In this document: positions 38,947 through 52,500 of the stretch, piece by piece
How the letters are laid out: every line of letters starts with the position of its first letter
Position numbering within the stretch: position 1 is the first letter of the stretch
Source: Octopus sinensis
Taxonomy: Eukaryota
DNA length: 64,000 nt
Assembly (NCBI RefSeq): GCF_006345805.1
Contig: NC_042999.1
Coordinates: 122,822,001-122,886,000 of the forward strand
Direction of reading: 5' to 3'
Translations under genes and position numbers: made by a program
Notes under the pieces: model-generated
Told to the model about the DNA's origin: nothing
What the model saw: only the letters and a program-made list of their open reading frames with translations
The model's database searches: none

Positions 38947-40599
38947 GAAGGATTAAAAGTATTCAAACCATGCCCATTTCATTTTTTTTTTTGTACATCT
39001 TTTGTATGTTTAATACTAATGATAAATTGGATTAGTCATTAGTATATCAAATAAAATACCTTGTGGTATTTATTCTGGTACATTGCATTCTGGTTTCAGA
39101 TATCATCAACATCAATTCTGTCTTTTATCCTTACTTGGTTGATAAATGAATTACCAATCCAGGGTAGTGGATTGGCAGAAATGTTAGAGCATCATGTGAA
39201 GTATTTTGTGATATTTGTTCTGGGTCTTTGCATCTCAGGTTCAAATCCTGCTATGGTCTAACTGGAAGGTAAATTTAAGCTGTAGCTGTTGCTAGGTTCA
39301 AAACCACCAACTGATACTTGAGTACCTTTAATGGAACCCAGCCTGCTAGAAGCACTCAGGCCTGGTCTCCAGTTCAAGGATATCTTCTTCATACTACAAG
39401 CTTCAGCTTATGGACACTGCTCTTCCATTCTAAATGATTTAAAAAAACATATTGTCCCATATCATATTGAGACTTGAGAGAGAATTGGCTGTTATTTCTA
39501 GCAGACCAAGTAACTACATGGAAGCTTCATCATTGATTGCAGTTGAGGGTGTGGTGTTGCTGGTTGTCGTAATAGTGATAGTAGTGATTGTGGTGGATAT
39601 GGTTCATTGTTCTCATAGTCAGATGTAATAATAAAGTAGTAGAGATAGAGCAGTTAGGACTTCAACTTATTAGATGTCTTCTCTATGTAATTTTGACTTA
39701 TGCTAACACTCCACAATCTGTCTTTAAATAACTCCCTATTGCTTTCAGTCCTCTGAGGAATGAATTAACGTCTTGCTGTCAGTTATATGCTATTCAGTAT
39801 TTTGGCTCAACTTTCTTTACCAGCTTCAAATAATGGCTTCTGAATTTGTAATTAGAACAAAAGCAGTATTAGAATATTAAAACTAGAGATTAAGAAGTGG
39901 ATGCCTTAGAACCTTTGGAGAATAGAAATTAAATTCACCATTAAATTTGTTAAATTCATCGCTTATCCCTGTACTGTTTTCACTTTGTTGATCAAAGAAT
40001 ATATATATATACACACACAAACATACACATACATACACACACATATATACATATAAATAAGACAGACACATACACACACACATATGTATGTACGTACATA
40101 TGTACGTACCCACATACATACATTCATACTGGTAATTGTTCTATCTTTACAGATGATTGCCATCTCCTTGTGCTTCCTCATTGTCAATAGCATTTCTAAC
40201 TTTTCATCCATGACCTCTCAGATGACTATTCACTCCCATTGCACATCTGCATGGTTTGAAGCATATGCAAAAGATAGAAGTTATAACCTACTCCACACTT
40301 CCAGCCTGTTAGATCTGCACACATCTCACTCTTCCATCAACATAGGACTTTCAGTGGATGTAATGATAAATGAGCTCACCCTAAAGAGACATCCGCACAT
40401 CATTTGATTATAGAGATAAATGCTTGTACAATACAAGTACTACTCTCTGAGTTCCTGTGATTAGTACCTAGTGATAGGCTGAATCAAGATGACTAGTTAT
40501 CACATGAAACTGCAGGTTTTACATCAAAGTGTTCCTCTCCTGGAAGAATGCTGTGACAACATTTAGGGGTCCATCACTCCTGGTGGTTTTTCTGCATAC

Positions 40600-40761
40600 C
40601 CTGACACAATTCAAGGGTATTTCTGTATCCACGCACTCAGATGGATCATCTTCACAAATGCTACTTAACCCATAGCTGGGACCCTGACAGCTGCTACTAC
40701 ACAAGGTCAGAGTAATCCTGGTAGCAATAGTGGCTATGCTAGTTCCATAGTCATCAACACT
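40600..40761 (-). CDS. Candidate 162-nt symmetric (phase 0-0) coding exon of an unidentified gene
   Basis: Acceptor gtgcacatctttcag, donor AGG|gtatgc, frame SVDDYGTSIATIATRITLTLCSSSCQGPSYGLSSICEDDPSECVDTEIPLNCVR. No homolog recognised. Confidence 0.28.
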
Positions 40762-40794
40762 CTGAAAGATGTGCACAGACATATAGGCAGAATA

Positions 40795-43440
40795 GTTGGT
40801 GGAGGTTCATTTTCCATAGGTTCACAAATGAGATTTGAGCCCAGCAAAAGAAAGGCATGGTCTATCACAAACTGCACACAAAAAGGTCATTGTGATTCAC
40901 CTTCTTGATTGTAACATTCTTCCTGAAATCTCTTTTGAATCTTGCATGCCTTATCCTGGCCTCTTCAAATGCTTTCGTCTGACTCCACACTTTTGTCTGC
41001 CATCCAGCTCAATCTGAAGTAAGGGTTTCTATGTCCTCTGGATCCATTACAAGTGACTTCATAGTAGTCCTTATGCCATCCTTAAACATTTTTTTAGGTT
41101 TACGCTGATAGCATTTCTCCTCTACAAGTTCACCATAAAACAGTTGTTTGGACATGCATTCATCTGCCATTTGAACAATATGGCCACATATTCCTTAGAA
41201 TTAGCCACAGAGCATTTCGATTAACAGTATTGACTGCTTTGCTTAAATCAACAAAGCAGTGGTATAGGGCAAGATTCTGTTCAATGCACTTTTCTTGCAA
41301 TTGTCTGATAGTTAAGATACAATCAGCTGTGCCCCTAGAGGAATGAAAACCACACTGAGACTCAGACACTATGTTTGGAACTATAAAGGTATTTAAACAT
41401 TCTAACAAAATGCAGGCAAGTACCTTTCCAACCACAGACAAAAGTGAAATCCCACAAAAATTACCACACAATCCTTGGCCCCAATTTATACAAGGAAACT
41501 AAAATGGCATCAATCCAATTTTGAGGCACTTTCTCAGTTCTCCAACAGTGACAAATTAATATATTCAAGAGTTCAAACATTTCGTCACCCTCGTATTTCA
41601 AAACCTCTACACAGATTCCATCAGACCCTGGAGACTTGTTATTCAGTTTATTTACAAGTAAATAAATGTCATTTAGAGTTGGTTCAAATGCCATCTCTTC
41701 TATAACTGGAAGGTGTTCGATTTTTATATCGTCCTCATGTCAGCGGATGATGGTCTATTCAAAAGTGCAGAAAAATGTTCTACCCAGCATTTATGAATAG
41801 AAACAGTGTCAGTCAGAAGCAAACGTTCATTTGCTGTTCTCACTGGAGCTATTGAAAAAGATTTGGGGTCATATACCTCCTTAACATAAGAGTACAAACC
41901 CTTGGCCTAATTTCTATCAGCTGCTTCTTGTGCCTCTTTTGCTCTATCACTGCACTATTCCTGTTTACTTTTCCTTAGAGCAGTCTGCACTTACCCGTTC
42001 AGCTTTCTGTAAGCTTCGTTTGAGTTGGGGTTTAAGGACTGAGAAAGAAGTGTATTGCCTAAGTTTTGTTTTTCTAAAAGTAGATCATGAATTTCTGCTG
42101 ATCGATCTGAGAACCAGTCCCTGGACTTATGTGATTTAAATCCCAATGGTGAACTTGCAGCCTGAAATACTTTTGTTTTGAAATCTTCCCATAGATTTTT
42201 TTGTGTCAAGACTGAACATTTCACTTTTTGGGTACCTTAGGACCAGACTGTCGATTTTTAGGCATTATTGAAAAATTAATTTTTCCATGCACTAGACGAT
42301 GGCCAGTCCAGCCCTCTGCTCCTCTCATAGCATGAGTGCTGGAAACATCTTTCATATCACATTTTCTGATCAAAATATAATCTATGTGATGCCTGTGCTT
42401 AGATCTTGGGTCTATCCAGGTGGTTTTATATTTATTTTTCTGCTTAAACAGAGTGTTTGTAACAACAAGATTATTCTCAGAACAAACCGTCAGAAGAGCT
42501 ACTCCATTTTTATTACATTTTCCAATCTCATGTCAAGTAGTCATTTCCAACTCTTGCGTTGAAATCTCCCAATATGACCAGCTTGTCAGAAATTGGTACT
42601 TTCCTCAGTAATTGTGCTAGATCATCTTAAAACTGTCTTACAGTTTCATCAGAATGGGACATTGTTGGTGCATAAATACTGACAACAGTGAGAAACCTAC
42701 CTTTTGTCAGTTTAATATGGCATGACATGGTTCACTTGGAAGCCCTGCAATGGAGGATAATAATGTATTCTTGAGAGCAAAACCAACACCAGATTCTCAA
42801 TACTGACCCTTAGGTAGGCCTTTCCAAAAGATGGTGTATCCATAAGTAAGTTCATTTACTTGACCCTCACCATTGAAACAAGTTTCAGAGAGCACAACTA
42901 TATCAAGGGAATATTTCTTGAGCTCATATGCAATAAGTGCAGTACACCTTTCTGGCCTCTTGTTGAAATTATCAAGAAGTGTGCACACATTCCAACAACC
43001 AAAATTCAAAGTATGTTTATTTTTACCTTTTCTTGACGATTGTTTGACCATAGTGACAGGATGATGACTGGGTCCAGCTTGTGATACACTAGGACACCTG
43101 CAGAGCCAGACCTGTTCCTCTGACATTCCCAAGCCTTTTTTGCCATTTACTGAATCTGTTTGAGACACTTTAGAGTAAGTTACAAGTGCAATTTTAGGTT
43201 TCTGCCAACCAATTCAATGATTTTACTAAGATTTGGAATACAGTAAGTACCTGTGCAGATGAATAATTTTCAGTGGGTGTAGCTTGCACTGCACTACCTT
43301 CACCTTTTGACCCAAGACGGCTTTTGCTGGTGTGACATGAAAATTGACAAAACCAGGAACTTCTAAGGCCTCAGGTTTTATTTTAGAGATTTCCTTCTCC
43401 TAGGTAGATTACCAGCCAAGATTAAAGAGCTTCTACCTTC
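40795..43440 (-). mobile_element. RTE-clade LINE, near full length, degenerate, with an internal RT deletion
   Basis: 5'UTR; APE domain (GCWNVCTLLD..RPERCTALIAYELKKYSLDIVVLSET); KSPGSDGI; RT (GISLLSVVGKVLA..QCGF..RGTADCI..QLQEKCIEQN..FVDLSKA); KQLFYGEL; C-terminal CAVCDRPCLSFAGLKSH. Confidence 0.92.
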
Positions 43441-44345
43441 CCATGAGGTAAGCTATCCCATTCCAGACACCAAACTGACACTCAAACACTCTATAAAGTG
43501 ATCAAATATCAATCCAGTGACCGATGTGGAGTAGCTCATTCCTACATAAAAAAAAGTACGATATGTGATTTGCAAATATAAATAAGAATTAAATATAATA
43601 TATAAATATAAAAAGTAAAAGATATGCAATTTATAAATATAAATAATATATATATAACAGTAAAAATATACATATATATGCATATAAGTAAAAAAGTAAA
43701 AGATATATACATATTTACAGGTATTTTGTTGGATGGCCATTGACTGCTCATAAGTTCCTCCACCCATTGACAGGTCTTATTTTTCATCCCGCAGGGTGTC
43801 TAGCAACACTCTCCTCGTCAAGCAAGCCTAGTGGGGTTGCCAGTTTAGTCGCTGATGACCCGACCATGCATTCCAGCATACATACATACATGCATGCATA
43901 CATACAGACAGGCAGACAGTCAGACAGACAGACAGAAAGACAAGCAGACAGACAGACGGACAGACAGACATAGAATAAGTTCTTATGCACTGGAAAAATA
44001 TATCCACAGAATTCAGGACTCCAAATATTTAACAGGATGTTAAATTCCAATATATATTTACTTTAATTCAATAGTTTCAAATTTCAATTTTATACAAATC
44101 ATACTTGCTACCAGAAAGTATGATTTGTATAAAATTTGAAATTAGCTAAAAAAACAAATTTTCAGAGTAGAATATTTGGAAGAATAGAAAACATTCTCAA
44201 TGATATTCCAAAAATTTCATTTGATCTATTTTACAGCTGTTTCTATGACCCACATGAAAATATTGTAAACTACATAATAATTACACAATTAATTGAAGTT
44301 GCTATATCAATTCAGGTAGCATAAATATATATATGTATGCACATG

Positions 44346-44376
<31 letters not shown>

Positions 44377-45030
44377 TGTGAATGAGAGAGAATTTTTCTT
44401 TTCTTATGTTAGAAAATTTCATCATTTTCAATAAGAAGGTTTATTACAAACTTCAGTTTGGCAACATTTCATACATATCGGAAAACAATTATTCAACTTA
44501 CTGGCTTTGGTGGCATATGTGAGAAGATTCTAGAGCATAGTTTATATTTATGCAACTACATCTGTTATAAGCTCAAACATGTTAAATATTTTTTTTTCCA
44601 ATGTACATGTGAAATAATAAAATTTATTACATATAAATGTAACTCAAATGGATAAATTGCACTTGTATTATGCAGAAAATAAAATTAACTATGTCAAGTA
44701 AAACGTATAAATATTCTGCTTCCATTAAGATTGTTTTGACATAAAAAATGTCTTATAATGTAGATAATTTTTCCACTTTTTTATGTATTTTCATATATTT
44801 TCAAAGCTTGATGCACTTTTAATTGATAACCATTCAACTGTGAAGTTGGACTAAATCAGGACTGTCAGGCAGACTACAGCATACATACACATTTGTCATT
44901 TACCAGCAAGCATAACACTTTGAAATTAGAAAATTATCGAAAAATAGAGACACCTATGGTACATTACAACTAACCCTTTGATACCAACCTGCCTGAAATT
45001 GCCCCTGTTCCATGAAACAAACCTCTGGTT

Positions 45031-45258
45031 TTAACCCTTTAGCATTCAAATTACACTATAAAATTCAATACTTATTTATTCACATTGTTTTGAATTAACC
45101 ATGAATTATCTTGTAACTTTAAGATTTTAATTATGTAGTTGTTCAGTTTAAGAATGTAATTGTAGGGTAGGTGTAAGAGGCCAGACCTGGCCAGTTTGAG
45201 TATAAAACAGATAGAATATTTGGGCTGGCTATGGTTCGTTTAAATGTTAAAGGGTTAA
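45031..45258 (+). mobile_element. piggyBac-type MITE (220 bp) with TTAA target-site duplication
   Basis: TTAA-CCCTTTAGCATTCAAA...TTTAAATGTTAAAGGG-TTAA. Confidence 0.85.
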
Positions 45259-45564
45259 AGTAATCAAAATTTCAGATTAATTTATATTCTAGACACCAAT
45301 TTATAACAGTTATTTGTGTAAGTTTTTCATTATTTTTAAAATCAATTGGAACAAAGGTGGTACATTTCAACAGAGATATGGTAACACAAGGGTTTTGTCT
45401 TCATAAATAGGTAAATATTTCTGAAAATTCCTTAACAATTTTGAAGATGAAAAATTTGTTAAAAAACATATATTGCATTGTGTTGATTTGCCATGAGAAG
45501 TAAGAGAGCTCAATGTTTTAGACTGTGAAATAATATAGAAGTCAATTTTATAGCTGCAGTTCTA

Positions 45565-45765
45565 AGTCAGTGAGTTGGCAGAATCATTAGCCAAGTGAAA
45601 TGCTTAGCAGCATTTCATTTGTTGTTACTTTCTGAGTTCAAATTCTGCTGAAATCACGTTTGCATTTCATCCTTTTAGGGTTGAGCATTGGGGGCAATGT
45701 AATCGACTTACATCAATCCCCAAAATTGCTGGCTTTGTGCCAAAATTTGAAATCAATATCATTGC
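45565..45765 (+). mobile_element. tRNA-derived SINE, family B, with internal deletion
   Basis: gagttggcagaatcattag..ttctgagttcaaattc..tttcatcc..ccaaaatttgaaatcaat. Confidence 0.7.
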
Positions 45766-47029
45766 TGTAGCTGTTATTTTTTCTCACCAAAGAAAGACAA
45801 GCACCTATAACAAGGGTGTTCTTAGATATAAGATTTTTCACTCTACTCAGCTAATCAGTTCACTGCAAATTTTGTTGACACAGACCACCACCAATTCCCT
45901 TGGTTCTGGATTTCTCTTTTAAGAATAGCTTCAGTAATAGTGAGAATATGTGGTGTTCATGTAAGATAATCAAGGAAGATACAAATTTTTTAATCAGGAG
46001 AATTTTCGATATTGGAAGCTTCTCTTTAGAAATATGCATACTGACAATATAAGCACATAGGCTTTTAAAGATACAGAAAGGCCATTACACACTAAGAGAC
46101 AGGAATTAAGAGAAAGTTATGAGCGTATACATCAAAACAGCAGATATACATATGTGAAAATTGATTAGTTATGAAGAAATTTCCAATCTAAGTGATGAAG
46201 TAAATAAGCTTAGTAATTTATCTTTGAAGCCCTACCCCATTTCATGATCTACTGAAATTGTTACTGTTTTCTTAGTGTTTAATATAGTAAAAGTAATTAT
46301 TCTTTTACTAGCTCTTATCATTGGGATCTAGTCATGTTGAGGTACAATTATTTGTGCAGAAATTATTTAAGTCTTAAAGTGGTGTTGGTTGATAATTGAG
46401 TTCGTTTCACAGAAGATATTAGAAGTATGTGAAATTCAACAATAACTCGAAGACCCAGGTGATTTCTTTTGTTTTCTTCTATATTTCCGGATAAATCCCT
46501 GAGAGAATTTATTGTCTATGTTTGCACAATTTAGGAAGAAACTAGGAATTAATTTAGGCACACAGATTTTGAGAAAGTTTCCAACTTTGTAAAGAAGAAT
46601 GTAAGAAGCCATAACAATGCCAACCAAAAAGAAAAATATCTGTTCTGTATTTTGCCTTTAATAATCCCAAACCATGCAATGGAAATTCTAAAGTATTGAA
46701 CGCGTTTATTTTTATTTTTCCTTCAGTATCATGGTGGCTTCCTTCCATACTCTTTGCTTGTACTTCAATAACAATGCTTCAAGTAAACTGCAGAATTTTG
46801 CTTCCACAAATCTGTCTTTAAAGCAATGAGGATTGTAAAACTTTGTTGTGAGATAAATTGAAATACAAGGCATTATACTATGGACATAATTTTCATAATT
46901 TATAGCTAATTATTGGCAAATATTAATCATTCATGATAAAATTATAAATTTTCTAAATAAGAAAACTAGTCTTTTTAAGATATAAAGTAATCATATCTTT
47001 ATATATATATATATATATATTATATATAT

Positions 47030-47370
47030 CCTCATCATCATCATTGTTTAACGTCCACTTTCCATGCTAGCATGAGTTGGACGGTTCAACTGGGGTCTGG
47101 GAAGCCAGAAGGCTGCACCAAGCCCAGTCTGATCTGGCAGTGTTTCTACAGCTGGATGCCCTTCCTAATGCAACCTCTCTGTGAGTGTAGTGGGTGCTTT
47201 TTACGTGCCAGACGAGGCTGGCAAACGGCCACGATCGGATGGTGCTTTTTACGTGCCACCAGCACGGAGGCCAGTCGGAGTAGCGCTGGCAATGGCCACG
47301 TTCAGATGGCTCTCTTACGTGCCACCGGCACTGGTATCACAGCTACAATTTCCATTGATGTTGATCGATT
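47030..47370 (-). mobile_element. Family C retroposon (young)
   Basis: CpG-rich. High similarity to 63085-63465 and 5098-5435. Confidence 0.85.
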
Positions 47371-47565
47371 ATATATATATATATCATTGTATTCCAGGTT
47401 GGCCATTTTTTTGTTTTTTTGTTTTTTTTTGCCAAGTAAACACACGCACTATATATTCATTCTTCACTCATTTATTACTGTTGGTATTTTAACTCATGTC
47501 CATTTTCCAGAAATCTTTCGTCACACATCTGTACCTCTTCAGTGACACTTTCTGTCCTTGTGTGT

Positions 47566-47610
<45 letters not shown>

Positions 47611-47709
47611 ATATAGGGTAAAGAGTTATTAATTTAATAATTCATAATTTTACCAGTAGTTCAGTATGGAAAAAAAAAGCCATTATCGGTAAATACTTAT
47701 ACAAAAAGT

Positions 47710-48862
<1,153 letters not shown>

Positions 48863-49734
48863 TTTAATTTTCACATGTCCTTGAGTAAAAAAGAAATGAA
48901 CCAGTCTCTTATAGGGATAATCAACTTGTTTGAACATAGAAATATAGGAACTAATTTGATTTGCAGTCTCTTTCATGAGAACTTCTAAGTTATGTTTACT
49001 TTTTAATATGTACCAATAAGTATTATATGAAATGTTAAAACAGTCTCTACAGAAGAAAATATAAAATAGGGTATTAAAATCTCTGTTATAAATACAACTA
49101 TAGGAAAAAAAACAAAAAATGTTTTTTTTTTCTTTTAATTTCAATATCATGTTTATTCTGTTAATAGAGTCTTAGGATGCTATTATAAAATGAAGTGTAT
49201 TTCCCAGTCATTTCAAGTAATATTAAAAAGAAAATTATATTTAAGGGGAAAAAACATAGAAATATTAAATGACTTACAACTTTTGATTATTTTGATGTAG
49301 TTCAAGAGGTACATTAATATTTCTAGTGCACTAAAGGTCATGATGCAAAAACTTTTAAGTTTTGTTAAGTTCCTAGTTAATAATTTTCAACTAGGGTATA
49401 ATTCCTAGTTGAACAGATTTATCCTCTTCTTTTAAAATATTTTGAGCAAAGTAAATAGGAAACTATGTAAACTCCATGTAAAAGAAATGTAAAATTTTCT
49501 AAACCCTAATGGGCTTTTAAATGACAATACCACACTGTTATATAATAAACAAATGAGAGATAAATCGTCCCAAGGTGAGATACTGTATAACTTATTTGAA
49601 GTAACATTCCTAAATCATCTGGAATTTCTCCTTGTCAGTTAACTGATCTAAAACAATGTAGATGAAAATGAACTGCTTGCAAACATAACAAAATGCCTGC
49701 AGCAAATTTTAACTTGTGCCATATAAGTTAGTAA

Positions 49735-49950
49735 TATTAGTTTCAAATTTAGGCATAAGGCCAGCAAGTTTGAAGGAGTGGGTCAATTACATCGACTCCA
49801 GTGCTCAACCAATACTTATCTTATCGACCCCAAAAGGATGAAAGACAAATTCGACCTCGGTGCAATTTGAACTCAGAACGTAAAGACAGATAATATGTCA
49901 CTAAGCATTTTACCTAGTGTACTAACAACTCTACCAGCTCACCACCTTAT
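49735..49950 (-). mobile_element. tRNA-derived SINE, family B
   Basis: Reverse complement of the family B consensus (atcgaccccaaaaggatgaaag..atttgaactcagaacgtaaagac). Confidence 0.75.
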
Positions 49951-50083
49951 ATGAGTTATTAATATAATACCTAATCCACTCAGTCATTTCTCTTCTATTT
50001 GATATTCTGTAGCATGCTATGATACAACATCTAGTTATAGTAACAAAAGTATATCAAAGAAGAGTCTTTGATAAAATATCACC

Positions 50084-50224
50084 GTGGCTGTGTGGTTACC
50101 AACCACATGGTTCCAGGTTCAGTCCCACTGCATGACAACTTGGGCAAGTGTCTTCAACTATAGCCTCAAGTTGACCAAAGCCTTGTGAGTGGATTTGGTA
50201 GACGGAAACTGAAAGAAGACCATC

Positions 50225-50264
<40 letters not shown>

Positions 50265-50390
50265 ATGTACGTATTTGTGTGTCTATATGTTTGTGTGTCT
50301 GTGTTTGTCCCCACCAACATCACTTGACAACCGATGCTGGTGTGTTTACGTCTCTGTAACTTAACAGTTCAGCAAATGAGACTAAAGAGT
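50084..50390 (+). mobile_element. tRNA-derived SINE, family A
   Basis: gtggctgtgtggttaccaaccacatggttccaggttcagtcccactg..gacggaaactgaaagaag-(TA)(TG)n-gtttgtcccc..cttgacaaccgatgctgg. Confidence 0.85.
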
Positions 50391-51308
50391 ATGTTGTTTA
50401 CCTAATCTAGTGGAGTAGCAATGATGGTAACATGATTGCCAGTAATAGAGTATATCGTCAAGTGTAATATATTTATGAAGCAAACTATGAATGATATATG
50501 TATAGCTGGGCCAATGAGAGTGGAGTGTAGTAGTAGGAACATTATACTTCAACTTTCAAATAAAACTTAGTACCCTCTGATAAAGTTCCTATCAGATACT
50601 CATGTCCAGTATATAGCATGATTTGTTCCATAAATAAGATAGTGTTTAATGGACACATAATAGCACATATGTGTATTGTATTAAGTTGGAGCTTATGAAA
50701 ATATTACATTATATTTTAAGTTATAGTATGATTTGATTACACTTAGCATAAGTTATAATAAGATATGATATTATATGGCTTTTGGCATTAAAAGATATGG
50801 AAAGGTACCATGATGTGGTAAAGTTCAGTTGGGATCAGATGGAAAATATATTATTATGGCATTATTTCATAAACTTGCCAGCAATCCAGCCATACTACTA
50901 AAGGTTTAAAACCATAATAATTCTGTAAAAATAGATGATATTAAAGTTATCTTTTTTTTACCCTGAAACTTACAATGTCGATGTTATAATATGCCAAACT
51001 GCTTCCAGATAATGACTGATAAAATTGGAACAAACTTGATTCACAATGCTTCATTAAAAATTTATTTCTTGTAGTTGAACTAGAATTCAGATTTGATTTT
51101 TGATGTACACACTTTTTTTGTGGTTTTTGTTTCTCATTCATTACCTTTTAATGGGTAATGCATAACATTCACCTTGTTTAATTATTTTGGTTTGCCATAA
51201 GTAATTGAATTATCTAGAATTGATTTTTTATTTTCTCAAACATCATTTCTACTTTGAAATAAAGGTTTATTTTGTGAAAGTTACTCTTGTTTAACACAAT
51301 TTTATAAA

Positions 51309-51346
<38 letters not shown>

Positions 51347-51367
51347 TATTATTATTATCATCATCAT

Positions 51368-51580
51368 TAAGGTAGCAAGCTGGCAGAATTATTAGCATGT
51401 CAGATGAAATGTTTAGTGACTATTCTTTCAGATCTTTACATTTTGAGCTCAAAACCTATCAACACTGCTGTTCATTCTTTCAGGGTCAATAAAATTAAGT
51501 ACCATGCCAGTACTGGGGTTAATGTAATTGGCTTGCCCTGTCTGCTCAAAAATGCAGGCTTTGTGCCTTAATTAGAAAGA
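51368..51580 (+). mobile_element. tRNA-derived SINE, family B (old)
   Basis: aaggtagcaagctggcagaatt..tcagggtcaataaaattaagtacc..tactggggtt. Confidence 0.68.
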
Positions 51581-51589
51581 ATTATTATT

Positions 51590-51963
51590 GCTATTGTTGT
51601 TATTATTATTTTTCTTCTCTTTAGTTGTCTATGTCACATCTCAGTTCTATCCTGCAGCAGAGATGCAACACTTTTCTCAGCACATGTGCTGTTCCAAGTA
51701 TCACTGCCAAATGAGTACTTCCTATGAAGATTGGCATTTGCAGCTTTTGAATCCAGAATATTGCTTTCTTTGAGATGGTCCCAAGTGCACCAATCATAGT
51801 AGGCTCTTTGGATATGTTTCATATCCAATGCTAGGTCTTGGTACTTCCCAACTTTCTTGTCCTCTGTCATCACAACATTCTGGTCTGCAGGTATAGCTAC
51901 ATCGATGAAAGTCCATTCTTTAGACTTCTGCATGCATAAGTGAAAGCAGGGTATTGTAGTCAC
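51590..51963 (-). mobile_element. R4/Dong-like LINE, restriction-like endonuclease C-terminus with (TAA)n tail
   Basis: Translation FIDVAIPADQNVVMTEDKKVGKYQDLA / PTMIGALGT...LAVILGTAHVLRKVL matches the REL pattern D...P.D......K..KY..L and IGALG. Confidence 0.8.
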
Positions 51964-51964
51964 T

Positions 51965-52230
51965 TGTTTTTCTTTGTCTGTGTGTTTGCAAAATTACTGG
52001 AAAACGGCTGAATGGAATTTCACCATATTTTGGCAGAAATACTCATTGGGTGAGTGCCTCAAACTCATTAAATTTTGGTTTCATTATCTTCAAATCTTGC
52101 AGACAGGTGAATCAAATTTTTTTTCTTTGTTACATATGCATAAATAATAAGCAGGGGAAATAACACTTGATGTCATTTTGTTGAAATATGAATTCATCTG
52201 AGAATATATTTATTGATTTAAATTTTATTT
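51965..52230. repeat. Possible Helentron/HINE-like non-autonomous element
   Basis: gtctgtgtgtttgcaaaattactggaaaacggctgaatggaatttcaccatattttggcag..aggggaaataac. Confidence 0.4.
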
Positions 52231-52289
52231 TAGTCTTGTGTGCACATAGGATATGCATCATCCCTCTGATGCCTTTTTTTTGCATCATT

Positions 52290-52500
52290 ATTATGGCAGC
52301 AAGCTGACAGAATTGTTATCATGCTCGACAGAATGCTTAATGACATTTCTTCTAGATTTATGTTATGAGTTCAATTACCACTGAGGTCAACTTCACTTTC
52401 ATCCTTTCAGGGTCAATAAAATAAGTGCTAGTTAAGCACTGGGGTTGATTTAATTGACTAGCCCTCTCGACCAAAATTTCAGACCTTGTGTCTGAAATTT
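52290..52500 (+). mobile_element. tRNA-derived SINE, family B
   Basis: ggcagcaagctgacagaatt..gagttcaattacc..tttcatcctttcagggtcaataaaataag..cactggggttgat. Confidence 0.72.

Noticed and set aside
43200-43470. HDV-like ribozyme expected in some RTE 5'UTRs
   Set aside because: The nested double pseudoknot could not be identified by eye; it needs a descriptor search (e.g. RNArobo).
46436-46830. Protein-like minus-strand frame (RFVEAKFCSLLEALLLKYKQRVWKE...IFFFLVGIVMASYILL)
   Set aside because: Four in-frame stops, no usable splice sites and no recognised homolog.
47185-47335. CRISPR-like repeat-spacer appearance
   Set aside because: Eukaryotic context, no cas genes, repeats degenerate, and the array is embedded in a multi-copy LINE tail.
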